A stretch of 63,322 nucleotides of DNA, the filler included, from Choristocarpus tenellus KU-1152 (Eukaryota > Protista > Phaeophyceae), in the NCBI GenBank assembly GCA_964200185.2. It is 11 parts of 11 records of this genome, joined end to end, with 100 filler letters (N's around TTAATTAATTAA, not from the genome) between each part and the next. Parts side by side here need not be neighbours in the genome. Positions count along the whole stretch, not along the records: positions 25,517 to 28,601 come from CAXNAD020022428.1; positions 28,702 to 39,408 come from CAXNAD020002769.1; positions 39,509 to 44,723 come from CAXNAD020011485.1; 8 more parts are not named here. The stretch is one strand, 5' to 3'. The notes below the pieces were generated by a model. That model saw only the letters and a program-made list of their open reading frames with translations, was not told the DNA's origin and ran no database searches. This document shows positions 26,261 to 39,890 of this stretch, piece after piece. Both the position numbers and the translations under genes were made by a program. The first letter of the stretch is position 1. Each line of letters opens with the position of its first letter.

Positions 26261-26805
26261 CATAATCGAGTATGTATGTGTGCCATTCGTGATGTATCAT
26301 ACACATAGAACCTATATCAGCATGATATGGCAGGTTGGCAATGTGGCTGACAAGTTTGTGACATTGTGATAAGCAAGCTCCAACTGTTCAGTATTAACTA
26401 ATTGTGACAGTCAGGGGGTTGACATGCTACCAGGGTTGGGATCTAATACAATATCAGTTCGCGTGGATAGGTTAAGGTGTGACAGCCATCCATGAGACAG
26501 TCTAAGTCAAGAAAACAACGCATCTCATGGACTCCGTATGTGCATGTGAACGGCATAGGTATGCAATTCGCAAAACGAAGTTCATCTGTATATGTATTGT
26601 GTATTGGTTGTTTGTTTGTTTGGTTAGTTGTTGATTGATTCACCATGTGAGTCAATTCTGAGTTGCACAGCCCTCAGAATACACCTCATAAGCGAGAGTA
26701 GGCACTGGTGATGTTGGTGTTTGTGGCAACGTATTCAAACATTTTGTGTATACTAAAGAATGAAATGTTATCAAATTTGACAACGCTTCTTGTAAATAAC
26801 ATCTT

Positions 26806-27245
26806 GACCAAGAATTCTTAGAGGGTAGGGCGGCGTCCATTTGGAGGCCAAAATCCATTGTTGTGATTTTTATGTAACTTTGGCTATTGCGTTTGTTAGG
26901 AAGTGTCAATATCCTTGTTCCGGACACACCTTTTCATGACGTACACATTTGACCTACTCCAACACATTTTGGAGTAGGAAAAGACTCAAAGAGTCTGGGT
27001 GGGGTGGGGGGTCTACATAAGGGTGTCCATTTGGGCCATTAGCAGGAAACATGCACTTACATTATCCATCCGACATATGCAACCAAATCACCCCAAAATC
27101 GCGACATAGAAAAATGGACCCCAAATGGATAGCTGCCACACACCCCCGATACTTTGAGCCAAATGTCATAAAAAAAAAACATGGGAAGCCAAGCACCAAA
27201 TGGAAAAATAAGGCAAAACTTGTACCCTCTAAGATAATTTCACTC
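26806..27245 (-). mobile_element. MITE family B copy interrupted by a family A copy
   Basis: B sequence breaks at GGAGTAGGAAAA and resumes at AAATGTCAT around the A insert. Confidence 0.88.
26983..27160 (+). mobile_element. MITE family A nested in family B
   Basis: GACTCAAAGAGTCTGGG...GATACTTTGAGCC; imperfect TSD AAAA/AAAT. Confidence 0.88.
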
Positions 27246-27490
27246 CTTCAACTACCATGAAATTTTCATGCTTATGCCATCACCTATGTACGTGTTACTC
27301 TATTTCTCTATCCTGTAGGAAATGCCAAAATAAAAAAACCAGCAAATGCCAAGTGACCTAGCTTTGAACAACACGCAGATCTCATCATTCATTTGCGGGA
27401 AAAAAGTAAGGGGTATATAATCACCAGTGGATTAGCATCAACTTCTATCCATCATAACACACACAGAAAAACGGATTTCAATATCTTCCT

Positions 27491-27751
27491 GAGTGAAAGT
27501 ATCTTAGAGGGTACGAGTTTTGCCCTCTTTGTTCGTTTGGGGCTTGCCTTCCCACGTTTTAAAAAAATGATATTTTCCTACTCCGAAATGTTTCGGAGTA
27601 GGTAAAATGTATACAATTTGAAAAAAGTGTGTCCGGAACAAGGATATTGACACTTGCTAATAAACATGACAGCCAAAATTACATCAAAATCGCAACATTG
27701 GATTTTGGGCTCCAAATGGACGCGGTTCTACCCTCTGAGATACTTTGACTC
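27491..27751 (+). mobile_element. MITE family B, full copy
   Basis: TIRs intact; TSD TCCT on both sides. Confidence 0.92.
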
Positions 27752-29068
27752 TCCTTTGAATGTACCAAGGAATACCCTACATCACTGTGTCAGATAACCT
27801 CTCACTGTGCAAAGCATATCACTAGGTTCATCAGCATGAATTCACCGGTGCTTCATTTCAGTATGACACCCCTTCACCACAACCAACCTGCCACCGTACA
27901 AGAGCACGATTCATTCAATCAAAGGGTTCAACGCGAGATTTTCATATAGATACTGCAAGGGATCGTTTGCCTGCGTTTCATACCAAAACGGGCTAGAAGA
28001 CGAATATTTCTCAGGGGTGTTTGACTTGGTTTGCGCTTCGCACCCTCGTAATCGATGTTCTCTGTAGTTTGGCAATGTTTTTCCCTTTCTTCGAACTCAC
28101 TATTCCCACTGGGATGAGGTCACTTGCCACATGATCGTGGAATTGTACGCAATTGTATTAATAATTGGAAAACACTTTTGCGACCTACTTCCTGCCAAAC
28201 GAAATGGGCAATGCGGAGGTGTTGTTCAAGGTCTATTGGGGCGTATGGGGTAGAGGTTCCCTTTCATCGAATCCTTCGACTCCTGGATTAGTGTGGCCTG
28301 TGCTCCATTTTGTGATGCTGTGTTCGTATATGGGATTCAAGGCTAACCTGTGGCGAAGATGCTCTTTCTTTCTTTCCTGTGTCCAATCACTTCACTTTGC
28401 AAATCATTTCCCTTCGATTTGTCAACAGAATTACATCTGTCTCGAGAATTCACGCCACAGACGAAGTTGTTGCGACAATGTTGCGGGACTACATATGAAA
28501 TTTAGGGTTAGGGTAAGAAGGGAAGAGAGGACCCTTATCCTAGTTCGTAATATTTAGTATTTTGAGTATATAACAGGGGATTTTCAAAATTGGGGATGGA
28601 GNNNNNNNNNNNNNNNNNNNNNNNNNNNNNNNNNNNNNNNNNNNNTTAATTAATTAANNNNNNNNNNNNNNNNNNNNNNNNNNNNNNNNNNNNNNNNNNN
28701 NGATGTAGGGAGGGAAAAAGGGGTGGGGGGGGGGGTATCAGAGCTGTAGCCATGGAAGGTCAGCAGGGGGAAAAAAAAATCAGCAAAAACCAACTGCTCA
28801 AAAATATTTACAAATCATTGAACAAAGGGGATTATTGGTGTGATGGACCAGGCCAACTCATGCCTTCGACCCACTTGCCCCCCATAAATGCGATTTGAGT
28901 CCCACAAATCATAGGAATGAAATGTGGCAAGTAGAGGACAAGCATAATATGTCCAAAAGCACTGAGCCATGACCAAAGCAATCACTGCACACAGCACCAC
29001 TCATGACAATCACATCAACCATATCCTAATGTTCACCCTACATATATATATAGGCAGGCACCACTCAC

Positions 29069-32000
29069 CTCTACCATGTTCGGTGATCCTTCTTCATCCG
29101 ATGAGTACACCTGCAAGACCACACCTATCATGCCCTTGGCAGTCATGAGGCAAGCCTTGACCTTATTCGATGGCTCAAACACGCGTAGCTCACATCCCAT
29201 GTTATGAAGTGCCTAGTAACATGAGAGCATAGGCTATTATTAGTACGTTGTTGATCGAGGGGAAGGGCGCGACAGGTCAGGACACTTGGTTTCAAGGGCA
29301 GAACCATTGTGTACATAACCATTGGAAGGCTTTCTCCCTCCACGTATCTGGCATCAAGAGGGACATGGAAGTCGTTAAATTCATCCCCAAGTAAGAAAAC
29401 AACAAAAAGGGGTTAAATTCACAAAAAGATTCCTCGGCAAAGCTACAAGCATCAAACCTGACTGAAAGTAATTATCCAGTAAACGACTTGACATGTTGGG
29501 TGTGTTCATCTATATCTTTTGCCATCAACATCAGTGGAATATGTAGTAAGCAGCAAATCAGTACTTCGTCCTCACATCGCTCAGTGTGCTCAAAATTTCT
29601 TGGGGTGGCAGTGTGGTCTCAAAGGTATTGAGGCTCGCAGACACCCTGCGTGGTGGGGAATTGCTCATGTCTCCAACCTTGGGAGGACCACTATCGCTGG
29701 GATCTTCCGCTGTCTTCTCCTGCTCCACCCCCTCCTGCAAGAAGCAATAGATACACAGACATACAGTCAACATCCCATTGTCAGTCATTACACGTACACG
29801 CGCGCGCGCGCACACACACACACACACACATACACGGACACATACGGACACCTGTGACTAAGTAAATACATAATTGTATACCTGAACAGCAGAGAGCACC
29901 TCTGCCTCCGTTGGCACAATCACATCTGGGGTCGGCGCAGGTGTTTCAACGTCGGTTTCAGCCAGGCTGTTTACCCAGAAGGGATGAGCCTGTGCAGGGG
30001 ACAAAAAAAGAGCATACATCGGAAAAATATATACACATACATGCAGTAACAAAACACCACTCAAAGATTTTTTTTTAATAATGGTGACATCAGTTGGCCA
30101 CTAATGAGTGAAACTAAATTCATCCAAGATAATCGAGATTGAACGAATAGACCCTGATCTAATCCATTGGTCGGTTTCTTGCATGCTTGCTAAAAGGTCC
30201 CTTGAGCATCCAACCACAACTGGTAGAAAATTGTCATTCTGTGACTTGCAATGTCATCTCAAATCCGCAGACCTATTATTGTAACTCAACCAAAATCCTC
30301 CACTACATGTACAGCTTTTATCCCCTTGCCCTTCCTTGGCAGAGCCATCTGCACGTAAGAGACAAATGTTTTATACAACATACTCCAAATAAAACTCCAT
30401 CACCATTGGTATCTCTTTTGGTCCACACCTTCATCTCAGATAGAGTTAGACGTTGCTTGGGATCTGGCACAAGGATGCTGTCAATCAGGGATCTTGCCTC
30501 AGGAGAGAACCACCTACACCGCGTTGCCCACCAAGTATCAAGTCAAGGATCAGTGTCAAGTATCAACCCAAGCATCAAGTCAAATATCAAGTCAAGTCCA
30601 GTGGGGAGAGAGTGAAAGAAGTACCCTCCCTCACACACATGATAAAAAGTTTTACCCAATGCGATTCAATGCCACACGGCAGAACCCTCCAAACACTCTA
30701 CAGTCACTGAGGCTCTGAAGCATGTCACCATTCAAAAGAGACAACATTACTTGCACAGGGCTTACGCCTGATGTAAGATAAGACATGAGTGAAAGTATGT
30801 TAGGGTTAGGGTGCGAGTTTTGCCCTGTTTGTCCGTTTTGGGCTTGACTTCCCACAGGTTTTTTATGACACGTTATTTACTCCGAAACTTTTGGGGTATA
30901 GGTAAAATGTAAAGTTTATGAACAGGTGTGTCAGAACAAGGATATTGACACTTCCTAACAAAGATGATAACCAAAATTACATCAAAATTGCAACATTGGA
31001 TTTTGGCCCCCAAATGGATGTCACTCTACCCTCTAAGATACTTTGACTCACATGCTCCAACAAGGCTAGTTTCAATCAAGCCGTACAATATGTGACTTTG
31101 GACCATAAAACAAGCCTGATCATGGTGCATGAGAGTACTAGTCCCAAAAATGTGCAACTTCTCCATCCTTATTATTGTTTGAAGAGTTAGGTTGTTTCGC
31201 ATGAGCACCACAAATACCAATTTCATATCACACGCCGTTCATTCAACACTCTCAGTCACAAGTAGACCTAGAGATCAATATCAACACATGTAACTTAGAC
31301 ACATACCTTGGGTAGGAGAAGTCTGCAGCCTGAATCTTACTGAATAGGTTTGACATGGAAGGTTCGTCAAAAGGAAGAAACCCAGCCAACAGCACATAGA
31401 GGATTACACCCATGGACCATACATCTGCCATTCGACCATCATATCCCTTGTCTGCCAAAACCTGAAAATTGACATTCAGGGAAGAAATGAGGATATGAAA
31501 AGGAGCAAAACCTAGCACTCCTGACCAAGTTTCTTGCATAGGTTCGATCTAGTGGACTGTTCAACCTAAGTGAGGCCTGACCACAAGCACAATTACACCA
31601 TTACATCAGCTGTATCATTCTACTGCGCCACTGAGAAGGCTATGCCGACGTTTGATCACACCTACAGGTTGGCACAACGCAAATCAATAAAAAGGATGTG
31701 TGGGTGGATCAAAAAATAGCTTTGAATCGAACTGACCTCAGGCGCAACATAGTTAGGAGTGCCGCATGTTGTGTGAAGAAGCTTGAGGGCCTCATCATCA
31801 CCACCACTATATAGATTTGATAGCCCAAAGTCTGATATCTTCACATTGCCAGCACTATCAAGAAGGATGTTCTCTGGCTTCAGATCACGATGACATACCC
31901 CTTGAGAGTGGCAATATTCTACCCCTTCCAAAAGCTGGCGGAAGTAAAATCGAGCTTCATCCTCATTGAAGCGCTGCAACAGAGACATGTGGAAGCACTA

Positions 32001-32689
32001 AAGCAGTCAGAGGGGGGTTGAAGAATGACAGAGATCACAGGGGACTGGGACATAAGCAACTGCTTCAGCAGTGGTGAGTGTCATATGCACATGACTTGGA
32101 GCGTCAAAGAAAAATGTCCCCTTCTGTCCTAGTTTAAGCTACGTAAATTTGAATATTATTATCACTTTGCCTTAGAACTCACAAGCACTAATGATCACCT
32201 GCTTCTCCACAATCTTGTCAAAAAGTTCTCCTCCAGTGATGAGCTCACACACAAGGAAGATCTTTGAGGATGATGCAAGCACCTCTCTGAGCTGAACCAC
32301 GTATGCATGACACACTAACTTCATTATAGATATCTCCCTCTTCACCTGAGCACCCATGTTTTGCTTCTGGATGATGGACTTGTCAAGAACCTGCAGAGGA
32401 CATTCATTCTTAGGGAGTGAGAGTTACGCAACAAGCAACTAGAGTATTTTAAGGTCTCACACGAGCATTACATGAGTAAACCTTGGGTGTTCAATGAGAA
32501 CGAAATATTCCGGATGACAAAATAATCACCTCCTGAGAATGAATTGGGCTCATGCTTTCAGGATAGGATGTGACTTGCCTTGATGGCGACTTTCTCGCCG
32601 GTGTCAGTATTAAACGCCAGCTTCACCTTCCCAAAAGTGCCTTCCCCAATGGTTTTTCCTATTTCATATTTTCCAACCTTCTTAACCAT
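29069..32689 (-). CDS. CIPK/SnRK3-like (AMPK/SNF1 family) Ser/Thr protein kinase, 3' incomplete
   Basis: Phase-consistent exons 32689-32579, 32390-32199, 31973-31737, 31461-31307, 30513-30429, 29989-29882, 29734-29576 and 29212-29069. Motifs [39 protein letters not shown] and [24 protein letters not shown], with a KA1/CIPK-type C-terminus. Intron 1 is GC-AG. Confidence 0.95.
30787..31049 (+). mobile_element. MITE family B in kinase intron 4
   Basis: TSD ACAT on both sides; left TIR contains TTAGGGTTAGGG. Confidence 0.92.
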
Positions 32690-35350
32690 GATTATTTGCG
32701 CGCCCCCTTGCCAAGATACGAAGATGAAGCAGCAAAATCTGGATGCTCCACACAACGTTTAGGGACAGGTACAAGAAGAAGCATCAGTGATAGAACACGA
32801 GAAACGGGTCTTCCGACCATTGTGAGACGTGCCATTCCATTAATGAAGACACAATGTTCTGGGAAAGGAACTGAAATTCAGCAAAATCAAAGTGATTGCT
32901 ACCGAAGAACTAAGTCTCAACTAAGTCTCAACGGCTTTCGGTACAGCTCAACTATTTCAACATTGGTATACCCTGGAACATCGCAGCTTGAGCACACCTC
33001 GCCAGAAGTTACTTGAGTTCACACGTGCACTTCCCCTTTGAGATCACACAAGTAAAGTGGGGCATTCTAAACCTCCTTGTCAAATAATGAGGATGTGACA
33101 AAAGAGACTGCGAGAGAGAGACAACGAGTCTGGATGCCAAGCACGAACTTCAATTTTCGGACACAAGAAGAACACTAGTCATAGAGTACAAGGGACCGGA
33201 TTACGGCCAATGCTAATTGTACCAAAACATCAACAACGCCACGCCACTTTAGGAATAAAAACGAAGTTCAGTTTGTCGCGATGATTGCTCTCATAGAGAG
33301 AAGTCTCAACGGCTTAAGAACGGCTTATCCGTATTGAATTATATGCTTTGGAAGATGACTGCTCAGGCACACCTCATCAGCGATCGCTTTTGTTCACACT
33401 AAATCTAACTCTTCGTGAAGCTACTGTAAACAGGGTGAGGTATAGGTGGAATCTACCTTTGTACCGAAAAACTGCTCACCGTTGGCGAAGAAGTCAAACA
33501 AATAGGTACACCAGGATGACTGTGTGACTGTCACCAGGGTAAGACTCGAGGGGATCACGATAAGTTTATGGTCAAGGCGACCCCAATCAAACGCCCGTCA
33601 GAAGATGGAAGGTAGAACTCAGGACTCTGAATACGTTGTGAGGAGCTTTTTTAAAGGGGTATTTTTGGGGGATGAGAAAACCCAAACATGAATTGAGGGA
33701 AAAAATACTGGTGTGACAGGAGGCGTTTCTTTGACCGTTTCAAATACAGGGTACAGCATCAATAAATTGCGACAATAATTCATATTGTGTTGATTCGTCT
33801 GGTGGGAAGGGCGTCAACTAGATCTATGGAAAGGAGAGAAAGGAGAGAAAGGAGAAGAGGAATGGATCAGACCGCATTTATGTGGGGAGAGATGCCAAGG
33901 ATCTGGATAGGAACCGACCCAGAACTCACTGATGCGATCCCTTGGGTAAGGATCATTGTTACTTGTAGCAAGATAGCATGGTGGTAGAGGTTGATAACCA
34001 ATACGTACATACTTGGGTAGAACAAATCCTCGGTCAGAGGAACTGGACACGACCCTTTTTCTGACTAAGAAACGAAATGGAATTGATGAATGTGGAACAA
34101 TATCCTGTTTCAAATCAATATCCTATCCCCTCCAAAATGATATATACTACTCAAGATGCTATTTCTTGTTTCGTGAAGCAGCCTCACGTACCACAATAAC
34201 CTGGACGCCACTAGGGTGCGTAAGGTATAAACCCGAGGGGTTCTCGTCCACCTGCCTGTCCTTATGCCAGTACCAAGAACACCGGAGTGGGTAACCGTGA
34301 CGGGGCTGGCCCGTGGCCTGGCCCGAGGAAAAAAGTTTGTAACAGGGGCAGTCCCAGGCCTTAAGAATGGATTTAGTTGGGGCCAGTCCGGGTCAGCCCA
34401 GGCTAAATATGATATTGACAGAACCGATCCAGGACTTTTAACGATTTGAACAGGACTGGACAACAAGCTCGCCTGGTTAAGACATATCTTGACGGGTCGA
34501 GGCTGGGTATTGAACTTGGTTGGATCGGGTAGGGCAGCTCACACATGACTTTCATTTGAGTTTTCAAGTTTTGAACCAGATATGTTAGGCGTAAGACATG
34601 TACACAATGCCAGTCATCCAGCAGGAATCCACGCAGAAGCGGTATATATTTTCAACGATGTTCAAATCCCCCTGTCATTTCAATTCTACTTCTAGTTCAA
34701 TAAACTTTGCTGAACAATATTTTACGGGATGGTTGGTCAAATATATTTTGTTTCCGATCGAACCCAAACCCTAAACTTCTGTCTGCCTAGTCCAAGAATA
34801 CTTGTTGAGCAGTATCAATGGAAACGTTAGCCCTGAATGTGATGCTCTGGTGGTTCACAAGCCTGTGATACCTCTATTACAATTTTTGGATTCCCTATTG
34901 GGCTCTTTGAAGATCAAATTCATGCACAGACCCCATCGCCACACGTGCACATTTCAGTTCCATCCTCAAATTTTGCACAGCCAGGCACAGCCCCCCTGAG
35001 GCACACCCCTCATACCCAAGTACACACAAACCCTGTGCCAGCTCTCCTGGTACAGCTGGAACATCGTGTGCGGTAGGAGGTGGAACTTCTCCTCTGCTCC
35101 CCAGGCACAGACCACACAGCTCCCTCCTGTGCTCTTCCCCCTTCTGCTGTCGACTACTGTGACTGCCCTTTCACCCCCAGCACAGACTCCCCACGGGTTT
35201 ACCCAAGCACATACATTCCACAGTTTCTGTCCTCCTGGGGAAGCTGGGGCAAAGTAGTGGGTACTATCTGGTGGAGCTTCCCCTCCTGTTCCCACAGAGC
35301 ACAGCCCCCCTCTGTTAACCACTCATATCATCACACCCTGCCATACCCTA

Positions 35351-35536
35351 GGCTCAAAGTATCTGGGGGGGGTGGCAGCTGTCCATTCTGGGCTCATTTT
35401 TCCACATCGCGATTTTTGGGTGATTTGGTTGCATGTGTCGGAGGGATAATAAATGTTCATTTCTCCTGATCAGGGTCCGAATGGACCCCCTGATATAGAC
35501 CCCCCAACCCCACCGCCCCCCCGGATGCCTTAGGTC
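35351..35536 (-). mobile_element. MITE family A, diverged reverse copy
   Basis: GGCTCAAAGTATCTGGGG...CCCCGGATGCCTTAGGTC. Confidence 0.85.
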
Positions 35537-36643
35537 CTATCTTGGCCGTGGAAAATCGGCAAAATTTCATTGTAGTTGTTCCAAGTGAGACACAGCAATA
35601 GTTTAGAACAAACAGTCCTAGTGCTTGACAGCATCATCGTATATCAGAATAACCTGAGTGCGTGTAATTCTCTTAAGGACGTGAAAATATTTCTGTTGAC
35701 AAACCGAAAAGGAGCCAAGCGCACAACAGGATGTTGTTGACAAGGACACCGAGGAGACCAAGAAAGAGTGTCTTCGCCACACGTTTGTCTGAGTCAGCAC
35801 AATAAACACAGCAAATATAAGTAGGGTGCAGGCTACACTCTCACCTCAGTCCCTTCAATCCCGCAGCTTCCATCTCCAGCATTTACCACTTGTAGAAGGC
35901 CCAACGAGGAAAAAGAGGTCCTTGCTCCCATGCACCCACATAGATACACATAGGTCTTGAATGTCCCTCTCGTGTTGTCCATTTCAAGTGGCAGGAAATA
36001 GGACACAAAAAAATAGCTTTCATCTGTATGACCGCCTACACTTCACTTTCTGGTGTGTCATGAGGGATGCAGGTTACGCTGGAGACTGTGAGTGCACACA
36101 GGGGGGGCAATTCACTGCCAAACTCCTGCCAACAAACATCTGTTGATGTGGTTATGGGGAGAAAATAAATTCAAATATCCATAGGGGGCACTCGTCTACC
36201 TGGTGTTTGGCATACCATGAAAGAATAATAAAGGCAGGTGCCCCCAAATGAAATACCTGCACAAAAAACAACACAATTAACAATCAATCTCAACAGTGCA
36301 CCGAAAACAAACACACTTGTCAGGAACTTCTATCTCCCTTGGAGATCTCTTTGGCTGAAAACTCTTCACGGATCCCCATTCCTCCCTTGAAAGTTGATCC
36401 CAGACTGTTTAATAACTTCGGTTTTCTACTCTCTTTAATACTTCAATGTATTTGAAGTGTTGTGTCATTTGATGAAAAAATACAGGTCTGTGCAACCTGT
36501 CTCATTCTGCTCTCCCCCGGAACAAGTTGCAACATGATGATATCAGAGTCATACGCTTTAAATATAGAACTTCATTTTGAGAGGAAGCATTGTAGTTAGC
36601 AAATAACACTCAATCACCAAAACAATTTCTTGCCCAGCGAGAT

Positions 36644-36882
36644 GAGAGAAAGTATCTTAGGGTTAGGGTACAATTTTTACCCTGTTTGTCCGTTTGGGGC
36701 TTGGCTTCCCACAGGTTTTTTATGACATTTTCCTATTCCAAACTGTTTCAGAGTAGGTAAAATGTATACGTTATGAAAAGATGTGTCCAAGAGATAGATA
36801 TTGGCACTTCCTAACAAAAACGATAGCCAAAATTACATCGAAATTGCAACATTGGATTTTGACCCCCAAGATACTTTGGCTC
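36644..36882 (+). mobile_element. MITE family B with a small right-subterminal deletion
   Basis: TSD AGAT on both sides; left TIR contains TTAGGGTTAGGG. Confidence 0.9.
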
Positions 36883-37202
36883 AGATGCACCCTTCTCGGA
36901 GGGAGACACAGCAGACAGACCTTCCTTCTATCCACATATCTGTTCACTTTATCTCCCTGTTGTGTTTGGCCATCTTCTTGTTGAGGTGTGAATATTTGAG
37001 ATACAAATACATCAGACGCTCCACCTTAGTGCATATATGCCACATCACAAGTTGCTCAACATTAGCAGAGACTTGAAAAGTGCCTCTCGGCCTGACAACT
37101 ACAAAGATCTCAAGAAAAAAACGTACTCAAAACTGGAATGAAACTTGTTTCCCTTTTCCCTCAAAAGCTTATTGTTAAAACCTGCTAAAAACTTAACTAT
37201 AT

Positions 37203-37383
37203 GACCCAAAGTATCTGGGGGGAGTGGGGGGGTCTACACTAGGGTGTCAATTTGCCCCAAAAGCAGGAAAAGTGCTTTTACATTATGTATTCGATGTATG
37301 CAACCAAATCACCCAAAAATCGCGACATGAAAAAATTGACCCCAAATGGACAGCCACCACCCCCCACCCAGCTACTTTGAGCC
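37203..37383 (+). mobile_element. MITE family A, full copy
   Basis: TSD ATAT at 37199-37202 and 37384-37387. Confidence 0.92.
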
Positions 37384-37829
37384 ATATGTCTAATCTGTGA
37401 AGAAGGCTCATTGTTTTTTTCACCTTTTGGATTTGGATAACTGGGCTATACACTTTACGTTACAAAAAAAACCCATTAGATCTCATCACTGTCACAACAT
37501 ATTATCAGTTTCATATTTTTTTATTTAGATTGTTTTCCATCATTCTTATCATATTCTCCGGAAGAAATAAAACCAAACTACCAATCATTCATATTATTAG
37601 AGAAGAAAAATATTCTGACACAGCTTCCCTGCTTTTTCTTTTCTATCAAACTCGATTCTTTTGATGACAAAATGTTTTCACCATCAATGGCCATGTAGTA
37701 GAGTCTGGCAAATACGCCCAGTTAAGGCAATTTGTGCAGGTTGGAATACTTTGCCTTACTCTCATCATTCCTCGGGGGAAGCCTTCTTGTTTCAATATCT
37801 AGGAATATCAAACTTTCTATCATCCACTA

Positions 37830-38560
37830 CCTCTTCCTCCAGTATGCACGCGGTGAGCTCCTCACACAGGACATGCAAACATCGTACTCTCTTTTTTCAA
37901 GTGTTTTTGTACACCTCCTGACGACATGACCCCTACACCACCCTCTGCGTGCTGCCACAAGTAAAACATGGCTGCTCCAATCTGAACGACTTCTTCTTCA
38001 TCAGAGCCAGAGAGGGCATGGACTCATTGTCAGACGTTTTTGGCATTTGCACCAGACGATGTAACCACTTCCCATCTACATCAAGTGGACCATTGGCAAA
38101 TCCCTCTGTGTTTGTCGGTCTAAGGGCACTGGAGAAGCGCCCCACTTGCTCCACTGGAAATTGAACCTTACCATTGAACATTACGCTAGTTGCAGTCTTC
38201 CGCACCTGCCACAAGAACTTTACCAAACATTTGTGCAGTAAGGTTGTTCTTCACATACTTTCACCGCTTTAGAGTGACTATTTTCCTGCTGATAGTCATT
38301 ATACTCAGGCTGGTGTTTGCCCTAAAGTTGGCGCACGAGCTTCCTCTTGCTTTGACCCAATCAGGTTAGCCCTTTTTCACATGTGGGTTTACCCAGGAAC
38401 TTTCTCTCGCCCCTCTTCTGTGGGGCAACTCGATCAACACCTGACATATACCACAGTGTTCTTCCCAACACATTTTTCGAACATCTTGAAGTATCTTTTT
38501 TTTCCTGGTCGCTGCAATGTCCAATACACCACACCACATCTACCCTTATATCATGCACAT
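37830..38560 (-). mobile_element. Degenerate piggyBac-like transposase relic
   Basis: WYMSGVDRV resembles the 'YMGGVD..DQ' third-Asp motif; downstream HRLV...CFTC...C..VCMSC resembles the Cys-rich C-terminus; multiple stops. Confidence 0.45.
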
Positions 38561-38777
38561 GTTCATTCTGTCGTGCTGCAGACTAGAGGATGGGGCTAGA
38601 TACACCATTACCTGATGTGCTGGATTGACCACTCTGCCAAACTGACTTGTTGGACAGAGCTTCATCACCAGGGGGAGCTGTCAACCTAGGCGGGTCTGAC
38701 TGCAAGTTTGATGTTTGTCTACCTTCACTATTATTCTGTTGCTATCACTGCTGGCTCCTGCAGCCAGTGTAGTCACT

Positions 38778-38803
38778 GCTGCTGCTGCTGCTGCTGCTGC
38801 TGC
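38778..38803. repeat. (GCT)n microsatellite
   Basis: Read directly from sequence. Confidence 0.9.
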
Positions 38804-39366
38804 TCATTTACAAATCAGTGATTAGTGACCCCCATCATCTTCTGAGCTCTGGTTCTCCCCTTCTTCAATCGCAGTCAAGTGTGATTGGTAAGTGATGGGA
38901 ACTATACATCGAGGGGCAGGTTCCTAGATGATGTGATGTCATTTGATGGATTTCCGAAGCAATCTAACCGATTTTATCCCCACAGGTGACCCTTTTTTGT
39001 ACTTGTGTGGTTCTGGGGGTCCACCAAATGAGATGAAAGTGCCCCTCTGTACTTCACCGGTATAGAGCCAGTTTTTGGTCATTGTTGCAAACACTCTCAG
39101 ACAAACATATATTGCGACAATACTGTGGAGATATAATTATGTTTTTATGTAATCCCGCGTCTTACTTGTAACTGCCATGCTCGGCTACCATTGACTTTCT
39201 ATGCATAGGATGGAGTACTGCCGAATGTGATGATGTGAGTGGGGGGCTTAGGGGGGCTGCATCGAAAGGAAAAGAGGAGGGGAACCTCCGCCAGTTTGTA
39301 AACCTTGTGCTGCAGCATCCCAAACAGGAAAGAGGCATTGGGGGGGGGGGGTGCCTGGGTAAAGCT

Positions 39367-39588
39367 GACCCAAAGTATCTGGGGGGGGGGGGCGGGGCTA
39401 CACCAGGGNNNNNNNNNNNNNNNNNNNNNNNNNNNNNNNNNNNNNNNNNNNNTTAATTAATTAANNNNNNNNNNNNNNNNNNNNNNNNNNNNNNNNNNNN
39501 NNNNNNNNACAAAAAAAAACCAAAAAAATGAAAATCGAAAAAAGGGTGAAAAACGGACGCCGGCACCCCCCCCCAGATACTTTGACCC
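39367..39588 (+). mobile_element. MITE family A left end (39367-39408) and right end (39509-39588) on either side of a spacer
   Basis: GACCCAAAGTATCTGGGG before the spacer and CCCAGATACTTTGACCC after it. Confidence 0.75.
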
Positions 39589-39890
39589 ATCACTCACAGA
39601 GTATTAGGTGTAATATAATATACGTCAGAAAAATCCTAGTAACTACTGCACATTCACCTCATTTTTTCCTCAATTCAATGCATAAGGACAATGAACTTGT
39701 TTGACCACGTACGCCTTCCTGTAGAACAACAACGGTATCCTGCATCGTCACAGTGCAATGACTGCTCTGATTCGTGAATCAAGTTCCGCTCTCAACATCG
39801 TACGGAGTACACTCAAACAAAAACATGTTCCAACCACCACCACCACCAGAAGCTGAGAATCACACCTAGAACAGCTCTGCAGAGGGAGTA

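Noticed and set aside
30787-31049. MITEs acting as introner (intron-generating) elements
   Set aside because: Copies lie inside pre-existing introns or between genes, and their ends do not coincide with splice sites.
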